Source: Octopus vulgaris | Taxonomy: Eukaryota | DNA: 64,000 nucleotides | NCBI GenBank assembly: GCA_951406725.2 | Contig: OX597817.1 | Location: 90,830,001 to 90,894,000, forward strand | Direction: 5' to 3' | In this document: one piece after another, positions 12,409 through 25,140 of the stretch | Layout: every line of letters starts with the position of its first letter | Position numbering within the stretch: the first letter of the stretch is position 1 | The notes under the pieces: generated by a model | Told to the model about the DNA's origin: nothing | Database searches by the model: none | The model's input: the letters and a program-made list of their open reading frames with translations, nothing else | Made by a program: the position numbers and the translations under genes

Positions 12409-12494
12409 CATCATCATCATTATTACTATTACTAAGGCAATGAGCTGGCAGAGTCATTAGCACACAGGGCAAAATGCTTAGCAAAATTAAACAA

Positions 12495-12860
12495 AAACAA
12501 GAGCATTCAGAGAGCGTAAACCTCTGCCAAGGCAACACCAGTGTCCTCTTAATGATTAGCCAGAGATGATTTTTAAAATGAGAATATCTGAAATAAACTC
12601 AGCTGCTCTCACAAACAAGAATACTAAAAATGAAACAGACCACTCTCAAAAATTAAGTAAAAAAAATAGGAAAAATACTCCAGAATCCTTGTCCAGTACC
12701 GGATCAAGCCTAAAATCTAATCAGTTTGTGCCAGTCATGAGGCCAAACATCCCTCAAAGTTTCATCTGAATCCATCCAGCAGTTCTTAAGATATCTTGTC
12801 CATGGACAAACAAACATGACTGGAAACAATACCTCCACCTTTGCTACGGTAAAGGTAATA
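12495..12860 (+). mobile_element. Non-autonomous HINE/DINE-like (Helentron-type) element
   Basis: 5' aaacaagagc...aaacctctgccaagg, internal aaagtttcatctgaatcc and acaaacaaac repeats, and a 3' imperfect hairpin acctccacc...ggtaaaggt. It directly follows a truncated SINE A head at 12435-12485. Confidence 0.55.
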
Positions 12861-13549
12861 ATTAACATATAGTACTCTATTATAAGATATTACTGGGATG
12901 CTATTTTAACAAAAATACACACAAAGTCCTAAATATCATTTGAACATTTTTATATTTAATTCTTTTCAGTTAATGTCATTCCTCAGCCGGGTGGAGTCTC
13001 TGCACTGTCTCTGATTTATGTGTACTGGTTGTAGACACACCAGTCTATACTAGACAATTACAGACAGTATAGGATGCTCTAATGGTCAGCATCTTAGCTC
13101 TGGCCATTGGTGTCTAAATGGAATTTAAACTGAAAATGCAAAGAAAGAGAGCAAATACCACAAGGCATTCTATCTAGTTACTGTCAAATTGGTAATTTAT
13201 ATTTTTCTATTATTTTCTCAGAATAATCTTATTTCCATGTCAGACTTTACTTAATTGTTTGTCAAGAATCTAATATTACTGAACATACAGTTTCATTCTA
13301 GCATTGGTTAGTGATTCTAAATGTATTCCAAGACTTTAGTGAGATTTTAACTGATATTGTGGTCTATAATTTTATGGTAGTGATGAAATATTGGTAATTT
13401 TCAGAATGGAGACAAACTAAAACTGTGTAAGCAATCAATCAATCATTTTAAATTCATTATGAAGCAAAAACAGAAAATAACAGAAGTATATATGGTATTT
13501 GAATGTACATACATGTGTGTATGTGTAAGTGGATCAACAATGAAAGAAA

Positions 13550-15220
13550 GTAGTACTCACTATATTTAGTTGACGTTGTAGGTATTTAATAACAAATTGA
13601 CTCAGCTCTACATTATTTAAGGCTTCATAAGCATAGAACATGTTCTCATCATGAAATGTATGGATACATTAAAAGAAATTTTAAATGGCTGCTAGGTGAG
13701 ATTATTAAAGCTTTTATGGATCAGTTCATGTCATGTAGGTATTTTAATTAATTTAGTGACAACAGTTTAGTCATTGCATGCTTCATATAGCCAAGCACAC
13801 AAAAAGCTTATGTCAGATAGTTGCCATTCTGTAGGGTATGCTATTTCAACAAAATAGTTCTCACATTACATGCACTGCATAATAGAACAGACAACATGTT
13901 AACATTGGTTAGTTAGCATTCTATAAGGCATGACATTTCAGTGATAACAGTTAGCATTCTAGAAAAATAACTGGTTTCATGGTATCAAGTTGTTTCAGTT
14001 TGCATGACATGCAACACTGACAAATGATAATAGGTTGTAATCTCTTTGTGAACAGCAGGGACTATATATATACTGCTATTCAGCTAGACCTAGGGTGGTA
14101 TTCCTGGGTCATTAGTGGCCAACATTTTGAAGTTCATTAACGAGGTGTGCCTCTAATGACAACCATAGGATAGGTTGATTTCCTTATTTATGGATGCTGC
14201 AAACTACTGGAATATCTGAAGTTCCCCATGGTTGTAGAGTTGGCAGTTTTGAGCTCTAGCTGATTAAAGGAGGGCTTTGTGTAATGAGAAGACTGTATGG
14301 AGGCATATTAACTCATGTTTTAATGAGCAATGTGAGAAACAATAGCATCTAAACATGAGTAGCTGACTTTCATGTTATAAGAATTAAAGGGTTTATAATA
14401 TCAATGGGTTCTTAGGAAATATTGTCAAATTGGTGTCAGTATGGGTAACCTAGTATATAACAATTTGACATACCACAGAAAGGTAGAGATAGCTTAGTAT
14501 TGAAGATGGAGAAATGCATAAATTTATCATGATAGTTAACTTACTAATACTCAAATTGAAATAATAGTTGTAATGATGAACCTGTATTGAAATCAGTTTT
14601 GCTTTCCTGTTGTAGTGCTGACCTACTCTAATTCTCTGTCAGCAGAAGATTCTAGTTTTCTCATCATTCCATATCAAAAAGGCAACCATTATGATATATA
14701 TGAATTCTTGAGAAATATTGTCTAATTAGAGGGAACATCTAGAATTAAATGAAGGATTAAACCAGATTACCTTTCTATTTCTAACTCTCTCTGAGTTTTG
14801 AGAGTAGGTTATCCTTCAAAATAGCAGTGAAGTTATGCCTTACTACTGCCTTATCATAAGTTGGGGTGATGGTGACTCTGTTGAAGATCTGCATGTCAGC
14901 AGAGAAATTAGAGATTTTTTTGCTACTACCTGTGACTAGGTTTCTAATTATAGTTGAAGTGTGATTGAAGTGACAATGAATATAAACACTTTCCTTTTTG
15001 TAGTGGTGGTACAAGCTTGTGTCAAGGTCTATGGTTTCATCCAGGAGGTTGATCTTCAGTAAGGTGGTGGTAGCAATGGAAATTAGGTCAAATGCTTTGA
15101 AGATATTCGTAAGATTCTTTCTAAACATATTTATGGTATGGGCTGTTCATATATCTTGTGAATGCCAAGCCATCATCTCTGTACAGGACTGAACTGTAGA
15201 GATGTTTACATCGACTGAAT
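13550..15220 (-). mobile_element. Decayed Penelope-like element (RT plus probable GIY-YIG remnant)
   Basis: The minus strand gives LYRDDGL (about 15165-15187), INLLDETIDL...Y..YKK..VYIHCHFNH..TIIRNL and KVSYSC (about 14352-14371). These are typical Penelope/Poseidon-group RT and linker motifs. Confidence 0.75.
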
Positions 15221-15234
15221 TATAGGGATGTTTA

Positions 15235-15477
15235 TAGGGAAGGTGGCGAGCTGGCAGAAACGTTAGCACGCTGGGTGAAATGCTTAGCTGTATTTTGTCT
15301 GCCGCTACATTCTGAGTTCAAATTCCGCCGAGGTTGACTTTGCCTTTCATCCTTTCGGGATCGATTAAATAAGTACCAATTATGCAGTGGGGTCGATATA
15401 ATCAACTTAATCTGTTTGTCTGTCCTTGTTTGTCCCCTCTGTGTGTAGCTCCTTGTGGGCAGTAAAGAAATAAGAAA
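15235..15477 (+). mobile_element. Full-length young SINE family A (tail A) with 14-bp TSD
   Basis: The TSD tatagggatgttta is at 15221-15234 and 15478-15491. A-box-like agctggcagaaacg and B-box gagttcaaattcc are present. Confidence 0.92.
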
Positions 15478-15519
15478 TATAGGGATGTTTACATGCTGAT
15501 GCACTGCCTTGAGGGGCTT

Positions 15520-16120
15520 AGTCAAACAAATAAATCCCAGTATGTATCTTTTAAGTCTGGTACTTATTCTATTGGTCTCTTTTGTTGAACTGCTATGTTA
15601 TGGGGGCATAAACAAATGAACACAAGTTGTCAAGTGGTAGCAGGGAACAAAAACAAACACACTTGTGCACATGCAAACATATACACACACATATGCATAT
15701 ATATATACATATAGCTTTTATATTTTACTTGTTTCAGTCAATGAACTGCAGCCATGCTGGGGAACCACCTGTTGGAGCGTTTTATAAGAGTGAGTTGCCT
15801 CCAGGACTTATTTTCTAAGCTTGGTGTTTATACTAAGGGCCTCTTATGTAAAACCACTGATATGGGGATGTAAACAAACCAACACTGGTTGTCAAGTGGC
15901 AGTGAAGGATGAACACAAACACAAACCCATACAGACATATATACCTATAAATGTATATGTATGATAGGCTTCTTTCAGTTTCTGCTCACAAAATCCATTC
16001 ACAAGACTTTAGTCAGCACAGGGCTATAGTAGTAGACACTTGCTTAAGGTACCTTACAGTGAGACTGAATATTGAACCATAAGGTTGGGAAGCAAACTGC
16101 CTACCACACAGCCATACCTG
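15520..16120 (-). mobile_element. SINE family B, one partial and one near-complete copy
   Basis: tacttattctattggtctcttttg at 15560. ttttacttgtttcagtc...ctaccacacagccatacctg spans 15722-16120. Confidence 0.8.
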
Positions 16121-16556
16121 TCCCAAATTTGTGTATAATATACATGTGTGTGTGTTTGTGTGTGTGCTGTATGCATATACATTCATTATACACACACACA
16201 CACTCATGTATAAATGTGTATACATGCATATGAGATAACTATAGAAGAGGTTATTCATTTATCTGAAGCTGAGGCTTCATTCCATTGCTTTTTTGATTTT
16301 CCAGCCATTCCTCACCTGACACTATATATATGTATGAGAGTGCATATATATACACAAACTCATGCATACTTGTGTATATGTATGTATGTATACATACATA
16401 CATACATACATACATAGTAATATAGGTGTAAAAAGGTTGAATGTAGATTCATCCTTTAATTTTGGAGGTTTCCAAAAGAGATTTCTAATGTTGATTCTTC
16501 ATACTTGCTGGTAGTTTACAGGCGTAAATTTGCGACGATATAAAAGTAATACTTGT

Positions 16557-16589
<33 letters not shown>

Positions 16590-17959
16590 ACCACACACAC
16601 TTGTGTATATGTATATAGACAGAGAGATAGAGATAGATATACAAGTGTGAACATTTTCTATAGTGTATTAAAAAAAAATTGCAAATCTTATAAGGCAAGA
16701 TATTTTGAATAGAACACTGACCCAAACCAGCATCAGATCTCAAAGCAAAATTGTCCTTTTCCTGATATTCTAGAGATAATTAAAGAGAATTCCTACTGTG
16801 AAGTTTTGTAGAAATTGTGAAGAACTCCACTATCAAAGTCAACAGTAGACACTTTTGAAGTCAGAGAGAAAATGCTAAATCCAGTGAGATTTTTAAAGTT
16901 ACTAAAACATGAGCAGAAGTTTAAGTATAGATATGGAATGAGAAAACAATATTAAATGTATTTACAGCATTAACAATTTCAAACATTAACAAGAACAAAA
17001 TAAAAAAAAAGGTACCATGAAAATATATGAAAATACAACTTTAAGACCTTTTTTGTACTTAGATTTGAGAGACAAAGAAGACAGATGAGAGAAGGAAGGA
17101 AAGAAGAAAAAGAAGACCGAATGATATAAAGATATAAGTATAGAAAGGATGAAAGACACAAAAAAGGAAAGAAAGAGAGAAAAAAAGCAGTTTTCCTGAA
17201 AGGGTTCAATTAAGGACAGGAATTTGGAACAGTAAAATATGGAATATTTTATCTATGATAATAATGAAAGAAGGAATTGGGAATTTATATTGTGTCAATG
17301 TCTTTTAGTATTCCATTGATGCAAAAGTGAGTAAGGTAATGTTACAGGGAGGTTAACATCAGAGAAAGTTAGAATTACCTGGAGGTAAACATTGCAAAGG
17401 TGTTACATAGCAGGGAGATAAGCACTTTTGGAGAATTAAGCAAGGTTAAACAATAGGGTTGAATAACAAAAGCAACTTCTTAACAAAATATTCAGTTTAA
17501 AGCAGTAACATAGTATAAATTTTATTCAAGTTCAAATTTCTGACAACACTATTAATACTATTGTATTAATATATCTAACTGATTTTCTACAAGACGATGA
17601 TGTACCTGTTGCCATCACTGTTCTTTTGAGAATGGTGTAATTGACACAGTTAATATTCCTCTTGATTGATTGGAAGTTCATGACTGCTGGGAAAATATGA
17701 GCATTATATAGAGTAACTATTGGTAAATGTTCACCTCTGAATTCTTGTGCCAATTCCCTTTGAAGGTGTTAACTGCTTTCTTATTAAAGTACAGTTTACT
17801 GTTGCTACTGTCATTTAGCCTTTGGTTAGTTCAGACTAACCAGACTTATGATGACTGGTTTTCCATTTACAATTGTTCCATCTACTTTCAGATAATATAT
17901 TAAGAACCACAACAGAATTGATATCCTAAAATCAAAGTGTCATTTATAAAGCATCGGTA

Positions 17960-18125
17960 TGGGTGCTGGTGCCAAGTAAAAAGCACTCAGTATACGCTGT
18001 AAAGTAGCTGTCATGAGCCAAAACAGACCATGAAACTTGGTGTGACACTTGGCCATGGCAATTCCTGTCAAGCCATCCAACCCATGCCAGCATGGAAAAT
18101 GGACATTTAATGTTGATGATGATGA
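17960..18125 (+). mobile_element. RTE 3' UTR-only (5'-truncated) copy
   Basis: taaaaagcac...tccaacccatgccagcatggaa...(gat)n, the same terminus as the RTE at 36055-38090. Confidence 0.75.
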
Positions 18126-19949
18126 CAATATTTTAATTAACACATGCACATGTAATTATACATAGATTTGATATTCTTTTATTCTTTTACTTGTTTTAAT
18201 CATTGGAGAGCAACCACTAGGGTACCACTTCAAAGGGCTTTAGTTGCTTAATTGATCCCATTACTAATTTTAAGAATGGTAATTCTTTTTCTCTTTCTTC
18301 TCAAATATATGAATGTAAATCAACTTTACACTGGTTGCCAAGCAGTAGGAGTTAAATACAAAGACACACACACACACACATACACACACACATGACCATA
18401 TGATATTGCATACACTATTCTGTATTAATAAAAACAAAATTCTGTCTGTCTATCTGGGACCCTTTGTATCTGTCTACATTTGCTCTATATAGACATATAA
18501 TACTCTTTTGGAATCAGGATGATCCCAGGATTGAAAATCTGCCCTTCATTAGGTTCGTGAACATCCAGCATTGGGATCTGGTTTAAAAGATTTTGGGTTG
18601 TTTTTTCTAGCAAGTAAAGCTTGGCTGATTCACACCATCTTGCTTGGCATTTTACAGATGACATCAGAGATCAAGGGGGAGGTAAATGGCATTCACTTTG
18701 TTAATTTTACATTATACATATATACATATATATATATACACATATACATATACATATATACATATACATATATTGTGAACAGTTATGAATGGACTTTGAC
18801 AAATAAACAAGTGAGTGATTGTTTAACCAGGACAGTAAACAAATGAGTGATTAGTAATTTAGATAGTTAACCAATTGACTAACAATAAAGAAGTGATATT
18901 CAACCAGTGCATGTGTTATTATTATTGGTGTAATGACCTTCCCAAGAGACCATAAGATTCGTTTGTCTAATAACCCTCCTATGAGACCACAAGATTTGTG
19001 TGTGTATACACACACACACAACATATATAGTTCTTGGCAATAGGACACAGTGTAACAAAAGGGGTAACTTGGTATTTAACAATACGACAGAGGTACAGAT
19101 AGTTTAGTATTTAAGATGGGGAAATACCAACCTCTTATAAATTTGTCATGATAATTAACTTACTAAATCTCAAACGAAAATAGCAATTGTAATGATGAAC
19201 CTGTATTGAAATCAATCTTATCTTCCTACTGTAGTACTGACCTACTCTAATTCTGTCAGCAGAAGATTCTAGTTTTCTTATCATTCTGTATCTAAAAGAC
19301 AACCATTATACCCAAAATGATAAAAAAAGAACAAAGTAAAACTAACTGAGAAAAGAATCGAACATACCAAAGTAGATAATGATAAAAACTGAAAATAGAT
19401 GAAAAAAAAACTTTTGTGTCTATTATTATTATTAAAGAAATCATTATATAAATAAAAGAAATCATTATTATTATCATCATCATCATCTACCATTGCACTA
19501 GAAATAGAGAAAAAAATAATCAGCCAATGCGAAGGCTTATAATATATTGGTGCGGGATTATTGATCTGCAGTAGATCTGCTGAGATTGGTTGGTTGAAGT
19601 GTTTTTTCATCAGTGAAGTACCAAGAGAAGATTATTGTAATTTTTGGCAACTGTGCCAAATGCAGAATTATCTCTATGTAGCAGCATGATATAGGCTGTT
19701 GTGGTAGCTGAAATATACCTTTATTGAATTTGTTGGGAGTGCGTGTGTGTGTGTATATATATATATTTAAAGTTACTTATATCTATCTTCTTTCCAGCTA
19801 CTCCTATCCACTCCGACATAATGTGAGGAAGCCATGTATCTCTTCTACAGCAAGATACTTGTGTTTGTCTGCCTATCATACTTTAGCATCTCAACACTTG
19901 GCATAAAGTCACCTCCTATTATGTGGCTGCTTCTTTTCCTTTAGCAAGT

Positions 19950-20810
19950 TACTTGGTAACCTTAACCTATACAAGTGTCATGTAAAAAGCACCCAGTACA
20001 CCCTGTAAAGGGGTTGGTGTTAAGAAGGACATCCAGCTCTGAGAAACCTTCCCAAAGTAGGCATTGGATTTTGATGCCATCCTTTGGCTCTTTGGATTCT
20101 ATCAAACTGTCCGACCTATGAAAGCATGGAGGACAGATGTTAACCCTTTAGATACCAACCTGCCTGAAACCGCCTTTGGTTCTATAATACAAACTTCCCA
20201 CTTTAAAGTGATCTAAATATAAACCTTCCATCAAAAATTTCATGCTAATTCATGTTCCAAACATCAGCTTAATATTGTCAGAGTTATTTTAATAAATTTT
20301 TTTATTGTTTTCAAATTTAATTGAAACAAAGGCAGTGTATTCCAACAGAAACATGGTAACAAAAGGGCTAAATGTAACTGATGATCATAAAAAGCATATA
20401 TATATATATATATTGTTGCCAGAGCAACAAGCTGGCCTCTGTGCCAGTGGCACGTAAAAAACACCATTCGAGCATGATCATTACCTGCGTCCCTTACTGG
20501 CATGTGAAAAACATTGGAGCAAGGTCGTTGCCAGAGCCGCTGGACTGGCTCCTGTGCAGGTGGCACATAAAAAGCACTATTTGAGCATTGCTGTTACCAG
20601 TACTACCTGACTAGCCCTCGTGCCAGTGGCACGTAAAAGCAACCCACTACACTTTCGGAGTGGTTGGTGTTAGAAAGGGCATCCAGCTATAGAAACTCTG
20701 CCAGATCAGATTGGTGTCTGGTTTGCCAGACCTCAGTGAAATCGTCCAACCCATGCTAGCATGGAAAGTGAATGTTAAATGATGATGATGATGATGATGA
20801 TGGTGATGAT
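19950..20810 (+). mobile_element. Two RTE 3' UTR fragments, the first interrupted by a MITE
   Basis: Repeats of gtgccagtggcacgtaaaaagcacc and the terminus tccaacccatgctagcatggaaag...(gat)n. Confidence 0.8.
20140..20371. mobile_element. piggyBac-type MITE (~230 bp)
   Basis: TTAA-ccctttagatacca ... tggtaacaaaaggg-CTAA shows CCC/GGG termini, imperfect TIRs and a TTAA-like TSD. Confidence 0.75.
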
Positions 20811-21599
20811 ATATATATCAGCATCAGTTAACGTCTGTTTTCCATGCTGGCGTAGATTAAATGGTTTGACAGGAGCTGTTAAACCAAAGGGCTGCACTAG
20901 ATTCCAGTTCTGTTTTGGCATGGTTTCTATGGATTAATGTCCTTTTTATATGGTACAAGCACAGGTGCTTTTTAGATGACACCAGCACAAGTGCCTTTTA
21001 TGGCAAGCCAGCACAGATGTCTTTTATGTGGCATCAACACTAATGGGGTCGCCAAGTAGCTTGCAAGATAAAAACCCCTCAGCTGAGAGAGGTATTGGAA
21101 TCAATGAAAGTGGTTGTGAGCCAGACAAGAGGTTAGAGTATAATAGAAGGACTGAGATGCTATAGAGGAAAAACTTGGCAGCTACAGTAGGACAAAGAAG
21201 TAGAGGGAGAGAGTTAGAAAGATAGAGAAACAGTTAGTGTGAAAGAGAGAGAAATAGATGATGTTGGAGATGTATTGAGGCCTACCCACAGGGAATAGTG
21301 GGCAGAGAATTAAGAAGTACACAGGGGGTAGAAGGCGAAGAGCCTTGAGAGTGTGAGGGGAGATGTTTAGAGATGGAAAGACATGACTGTAGTGAGTGAT
21401 AGTGAGAGAAATTGAAGTGGTTGGGAGGGAGTTATGGTAGATATGTGAGGGCATAGAGTGTGACTCAGCTTGTGGGTGAGGCACATGAGAGAGAGTGTAG
21501 AGGGAAGGCACCTGCCCTGGGTTATGGAGTAGTTTTGAAAGAGGATAGATTATGTGTGTCTTAGGTGGGGATACAGCTGTAAAGTAGATACTTGTATGT

Positions 21600-23080
21600 A
21601 TGGACAGTCCCATTTTACTTAGCTTGATGTGTCTTCTCAAGTACAGAAAATTGCCAGAAATCATGGTCCCTTGCCATCTCTGGGAGGCTCAACATTAGTG
21701 GATCATTTCTTTCCACTTTGTTCCACTTCTTCATGGGTCTACCTCTTCCACATGTTCCCCAATTAAGGCTTGGTAATTCTTTATGGAGCTATCCTCATCC
21801 ATAGGCATCACATGACCATACCAGTGCAATCTTCTCTCTTGGATGCTACAACTAATGCTTCTTATACCCAATTTTTCCCTTAAATCACTTACACTCTGAT
21901 GTACATGGCTTCATTTCTTTCAAGACTTCTCATATCCTCTGTAGTCAAAACCCATATCTCACTGCCACATAGCTGTTCATACACAGGCATTATACAATCT
22001 GCCTTTCACTCTGAAGGAGAGACCCTTTGTTACCAACAAGGGTAGCAGCTCTCTTAACTTTGACTAACCCATTCTTATTCAAGCAATTACTCTTTCAGAG
22101 CACCCTCCGCCACTGCTAACTTGGTCACCTAGGTACCGGAAGCTACCTACTACTTCTAAGGATCTCATCAAACATTTGAGGAATTGTATTTTCTGTACAG
22201 TCTTAATATTCAATGAACCAGCACATCTTCCACACAAAAAGACTACTTTCTCTGTTAACCTTCCTCTGATACTACTGCACCTACTAGGTGTCCATAGTTT
22301 ACATTGGGTGCACTGTATGGAATTTCTACCCACACCACTTTTACATTTCCTACTTACTAAGACTTTCGTCTTTGCTAAATTATCTCTAAGGCTCTTTGAT
22401 TCCAGACCTTCTTCTCTAGTTTTGGTAGTGATTTATCTAAAAGAACAAGGTCATCAGCCTAGAGGAGCTCCCAAGGGTAGCCTGTCTTAAATTCCTCTGC
22501 TATGACCCAGAGGTCTATGATAAACAGGGAGAGGCTAAGAACTAATCCTTAGTAAACTCCTACCAGTAAACTAAATTTGTTACTATACTCATTGCTGACT
22601 TTCACTTTACTAACAGCAACCCTGTACATGGCCTGTATAGATCTCACTAACTACCCATCTATCCTTAGCTTCAGCAACAACCACCAGATAAGGGAGTAGG
22701 GGACCTTGTCAAAGACTTTCTCTGTGTTGACAAAAGCCAAGTGCAGAGGTTTATTGCATGCCATATTACCAAGAAGTTAGCATCAGTAATGTTTCTCAAG
22801 AACCCTTACCAAGAAGTTAGCATTAGTAGTGCTTCTCTTTGGCACAAAACCAAATTACATCTCATCTAGACCAACTCTCTTCCTAATTAGTAGAGTTATG
22901 ATTTCCATGACCTGATCCAGTATTTTGATACCTCTGTAATTATTTCTGTCTATGGTGTCACTTTTACATTTGTAATTTAACTATAATGCTTCTACACAGT
23001 TCTTGAGTTTGACTCCCTCAAGGACAACCTGATTATCTACACAGGTGACTAGGCCATATTCTACTCCACCAGATATTTTA
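21600..23080 (-). mobile_element. Decayed RTE LINE (PHD-bearing family), RT region
   Basis: NYRGIKILDQV, FGFVPKRSTT, LAFVNTEKVFDKVP, GRNSIQCTQCKLW...CGRC, LEVVGSFRYLGD and WYGHVM. Colinear with the copy at 36.1-38.1 kb. Confidence 0.9.
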
Positions 23081-23869
23081 AGCCCCCCCCAAAAAAAAAA
23101 AGTGTGTGTTCTCCAATGAGAAGTAGAGGCTGTTTCTTTGAGTCCCTTTTACTTGAGTGAAAGGCAAGGTGAATGCAGGTAGTACATATTGTTCCACTAA
23201 GAAATATCTTATGGGAAGTATTGATTCCTGAGAAAGTTGGAGAATTATTACATCAAAATGCTTTTTTTACAAGAATAGACATCAATAGACGGTAGTTCCA
23301 GCAGGTTGCAAGTTATGTGTCGAGGGGATTAATCAAAGTAATTAGTACAGAGTTTGGTAGGCAGTGAAATGCACTAAAGAGGAGAGATACAAGTGTGTTG
23401 GATTAATTGAATGGAAAATATGGCATGCAATTAGGTAGATCAGAAAAGTAGTGGTAGAAGAGGTAGAGAGAGGAGGAATTTGTGAGCCACAGATTATAGT
23501 GTGTTGGTGATTCAAGAGAAATATCTTAAATGTACCAACAGCATAAATTTGGATAATTAAGTTAAAGATTATATCTATTGGATGCCCACCCCTTAACTTA
23601 ATTCCATGGTAAATAATTTATCCTAATAGTGAATTTGAACACAATTAGTTACCATGAGAATTTAATCAAATACAGACACACACACAGGACTGGCAAGCAG
23701 GCAGACATACACACACACAGTGCATACATGCAGACAAAGAACATACTTCATCAAGTCTCTTAGAAGACAAGACAAGTGTGTTACTTGAGAACAAGCTGCT
23801 TGATTTGAGCATTAAAAGAAACTAGAACAACTGCAAAACATTAAAAATAAAAAGAGGAAAAAAGCAAAC

Positions 23870-24090
23870 AAAACTGATGTGTTTAGATACTTAAAAAAGA
23901 CAAAGAGAAAGAATAAAATGGTAGCAAAAGATAAATGTGTTTAGATTCTTTAAAAGATAAACGTTGATGTGTTTTAAACAATGGGATAAATTGATCTGAT
24001 GTATTTAGATAATTAAAAAAATATGCAAATAGAAATTAAAAAAAAAGAAAGAAAAGAAAACCTACATGTGTTTAGATTGTTTAAAAAGAA
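23870..24090. repeat. Degenerate repeat of atgtgtttagat..ttaaaa separated by A-rich spacers
   Basis: Four to five motif copies near 23877, 23935, 23967, 24000 and 24066. Confidence 0.6.
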
Positions 24091-24429
24091 AAACAAAAAA
24101 AAATGGTTATTTCATTATATAAAAATCTTTTATTTAATAACAACTTGAAAATATAATAAAAAGAGGAGAGAAAAACAAACAAAACAAGAGCGTTAATTAG
24201 TTGTTGAATACCAAGCTAGACAATGATAGAAATGCTTTATTGTGATAGTGAAATGATTTCTGCTATTTTTATAAAGCAGGACCATCTTCTACAACAGCAA
24301 CAACTGATGGAACAGCTGGAATGGCAAGTTGTTTCAAGGACAGCAATAACGACAGCAACTGTAAGTGATTCCTGGTTTCTGTTTATAAATGTTTCTGTAG
24401 CCATTATAATTACTATTGACAAATTACAA

Positions 24430-25140
24430 TTGTATTTGCTGTTATTGTAGTTTTAACCTATTTCTGTGAACATCTCAATAAAAACTCTAAAATAAACAGC
24501 CAATGAGAGAAATTCATCCAAAATGGCCTTTGGAACTGAGATGGTAGGTTCTGGTAATATCATTTAAATGATCTGATGGGCTTTTAATTCTCTGTCACAG
24601 GACTGTTTTTCACAAGAAAAGGTGTTTAACCCTTTAGGTATGCTAATTTATGTTTGAGCATGTCACTAACTCTGACTTCAAAAATATTGTGAAAATTAAT
24701 ACTTTGAAATTGAATTTTTGTGCTTTTTATAAACAGCATGACAATCAAAATTGCTTATTGACAGCTTCTGTCTCTCTGCATACTTTTGGCATAATTAAAG
24801 GATTAATTAATATCTGAAAGACAAACATCTGCTGCTGCTTTTTCAAGGTCATTTAAAAATGTGGAAGCTTCTGAGTTGGAGTCTATGAGAAGAACATCAT
24901 CAACATAATCTGTATTTATGTAGTGGTTGAGTGATAAAGTAAGGTGGATTTTGTCAAAGTAAAGCTGAGCTCTAAACTTTTGTCAACTGATGTGCAAAGG
25001 ATATAGTTCAGGTGGGTTATAAATAGGAATGGTGTGAGGATATTGCTTTGTGAGACCCTGCACTGATATCAAAGAAAACAGTGCTTCCATCATGTGATTA
25101 GACTCTGGCTCTTGTGTTCTTGGAGAGCATCAATATTGTT
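24430..25140 (-). mobile_element. Old RTE LINE RT fragment (related to the 43.9-45.3 kb family)
   Basis: The minus strand gives DISAG.SQSNILTPFLFITHLNYILCTSVD and TDYVDDVLLIDSNSEASTFLNDLEKAA. Compare GILQGDTLAPFLFIIVVDYVLRMSVD and DFADDIVLISD in the younger copy. Confidence 0.75.

Noticed and set aside
11644-12460. Long ORFs with poly-L/I/S/T/Y runs
   Set aside because: They are products of trinucleotide microsatellites flanking a LINE fragment.
17532-17765. Minus-strand ORF (AQEFRGEHLPIVTLYNAHIFPAVMNF...) that looks like a possible host exon
   Set aside because: No recognisable family, a weak acceptor site, an in-frame stop just upstream and no partner exons found. It needs RNA-seq or BLAST.
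23870-24090. Repeat-spacer-like pattern reminiscent of a CRISPR array
   Set aside because: The repeats are degenerate, the spacers are low-complexity poly-A of unequal length, the context is eukaryotic and there are no cas genes.
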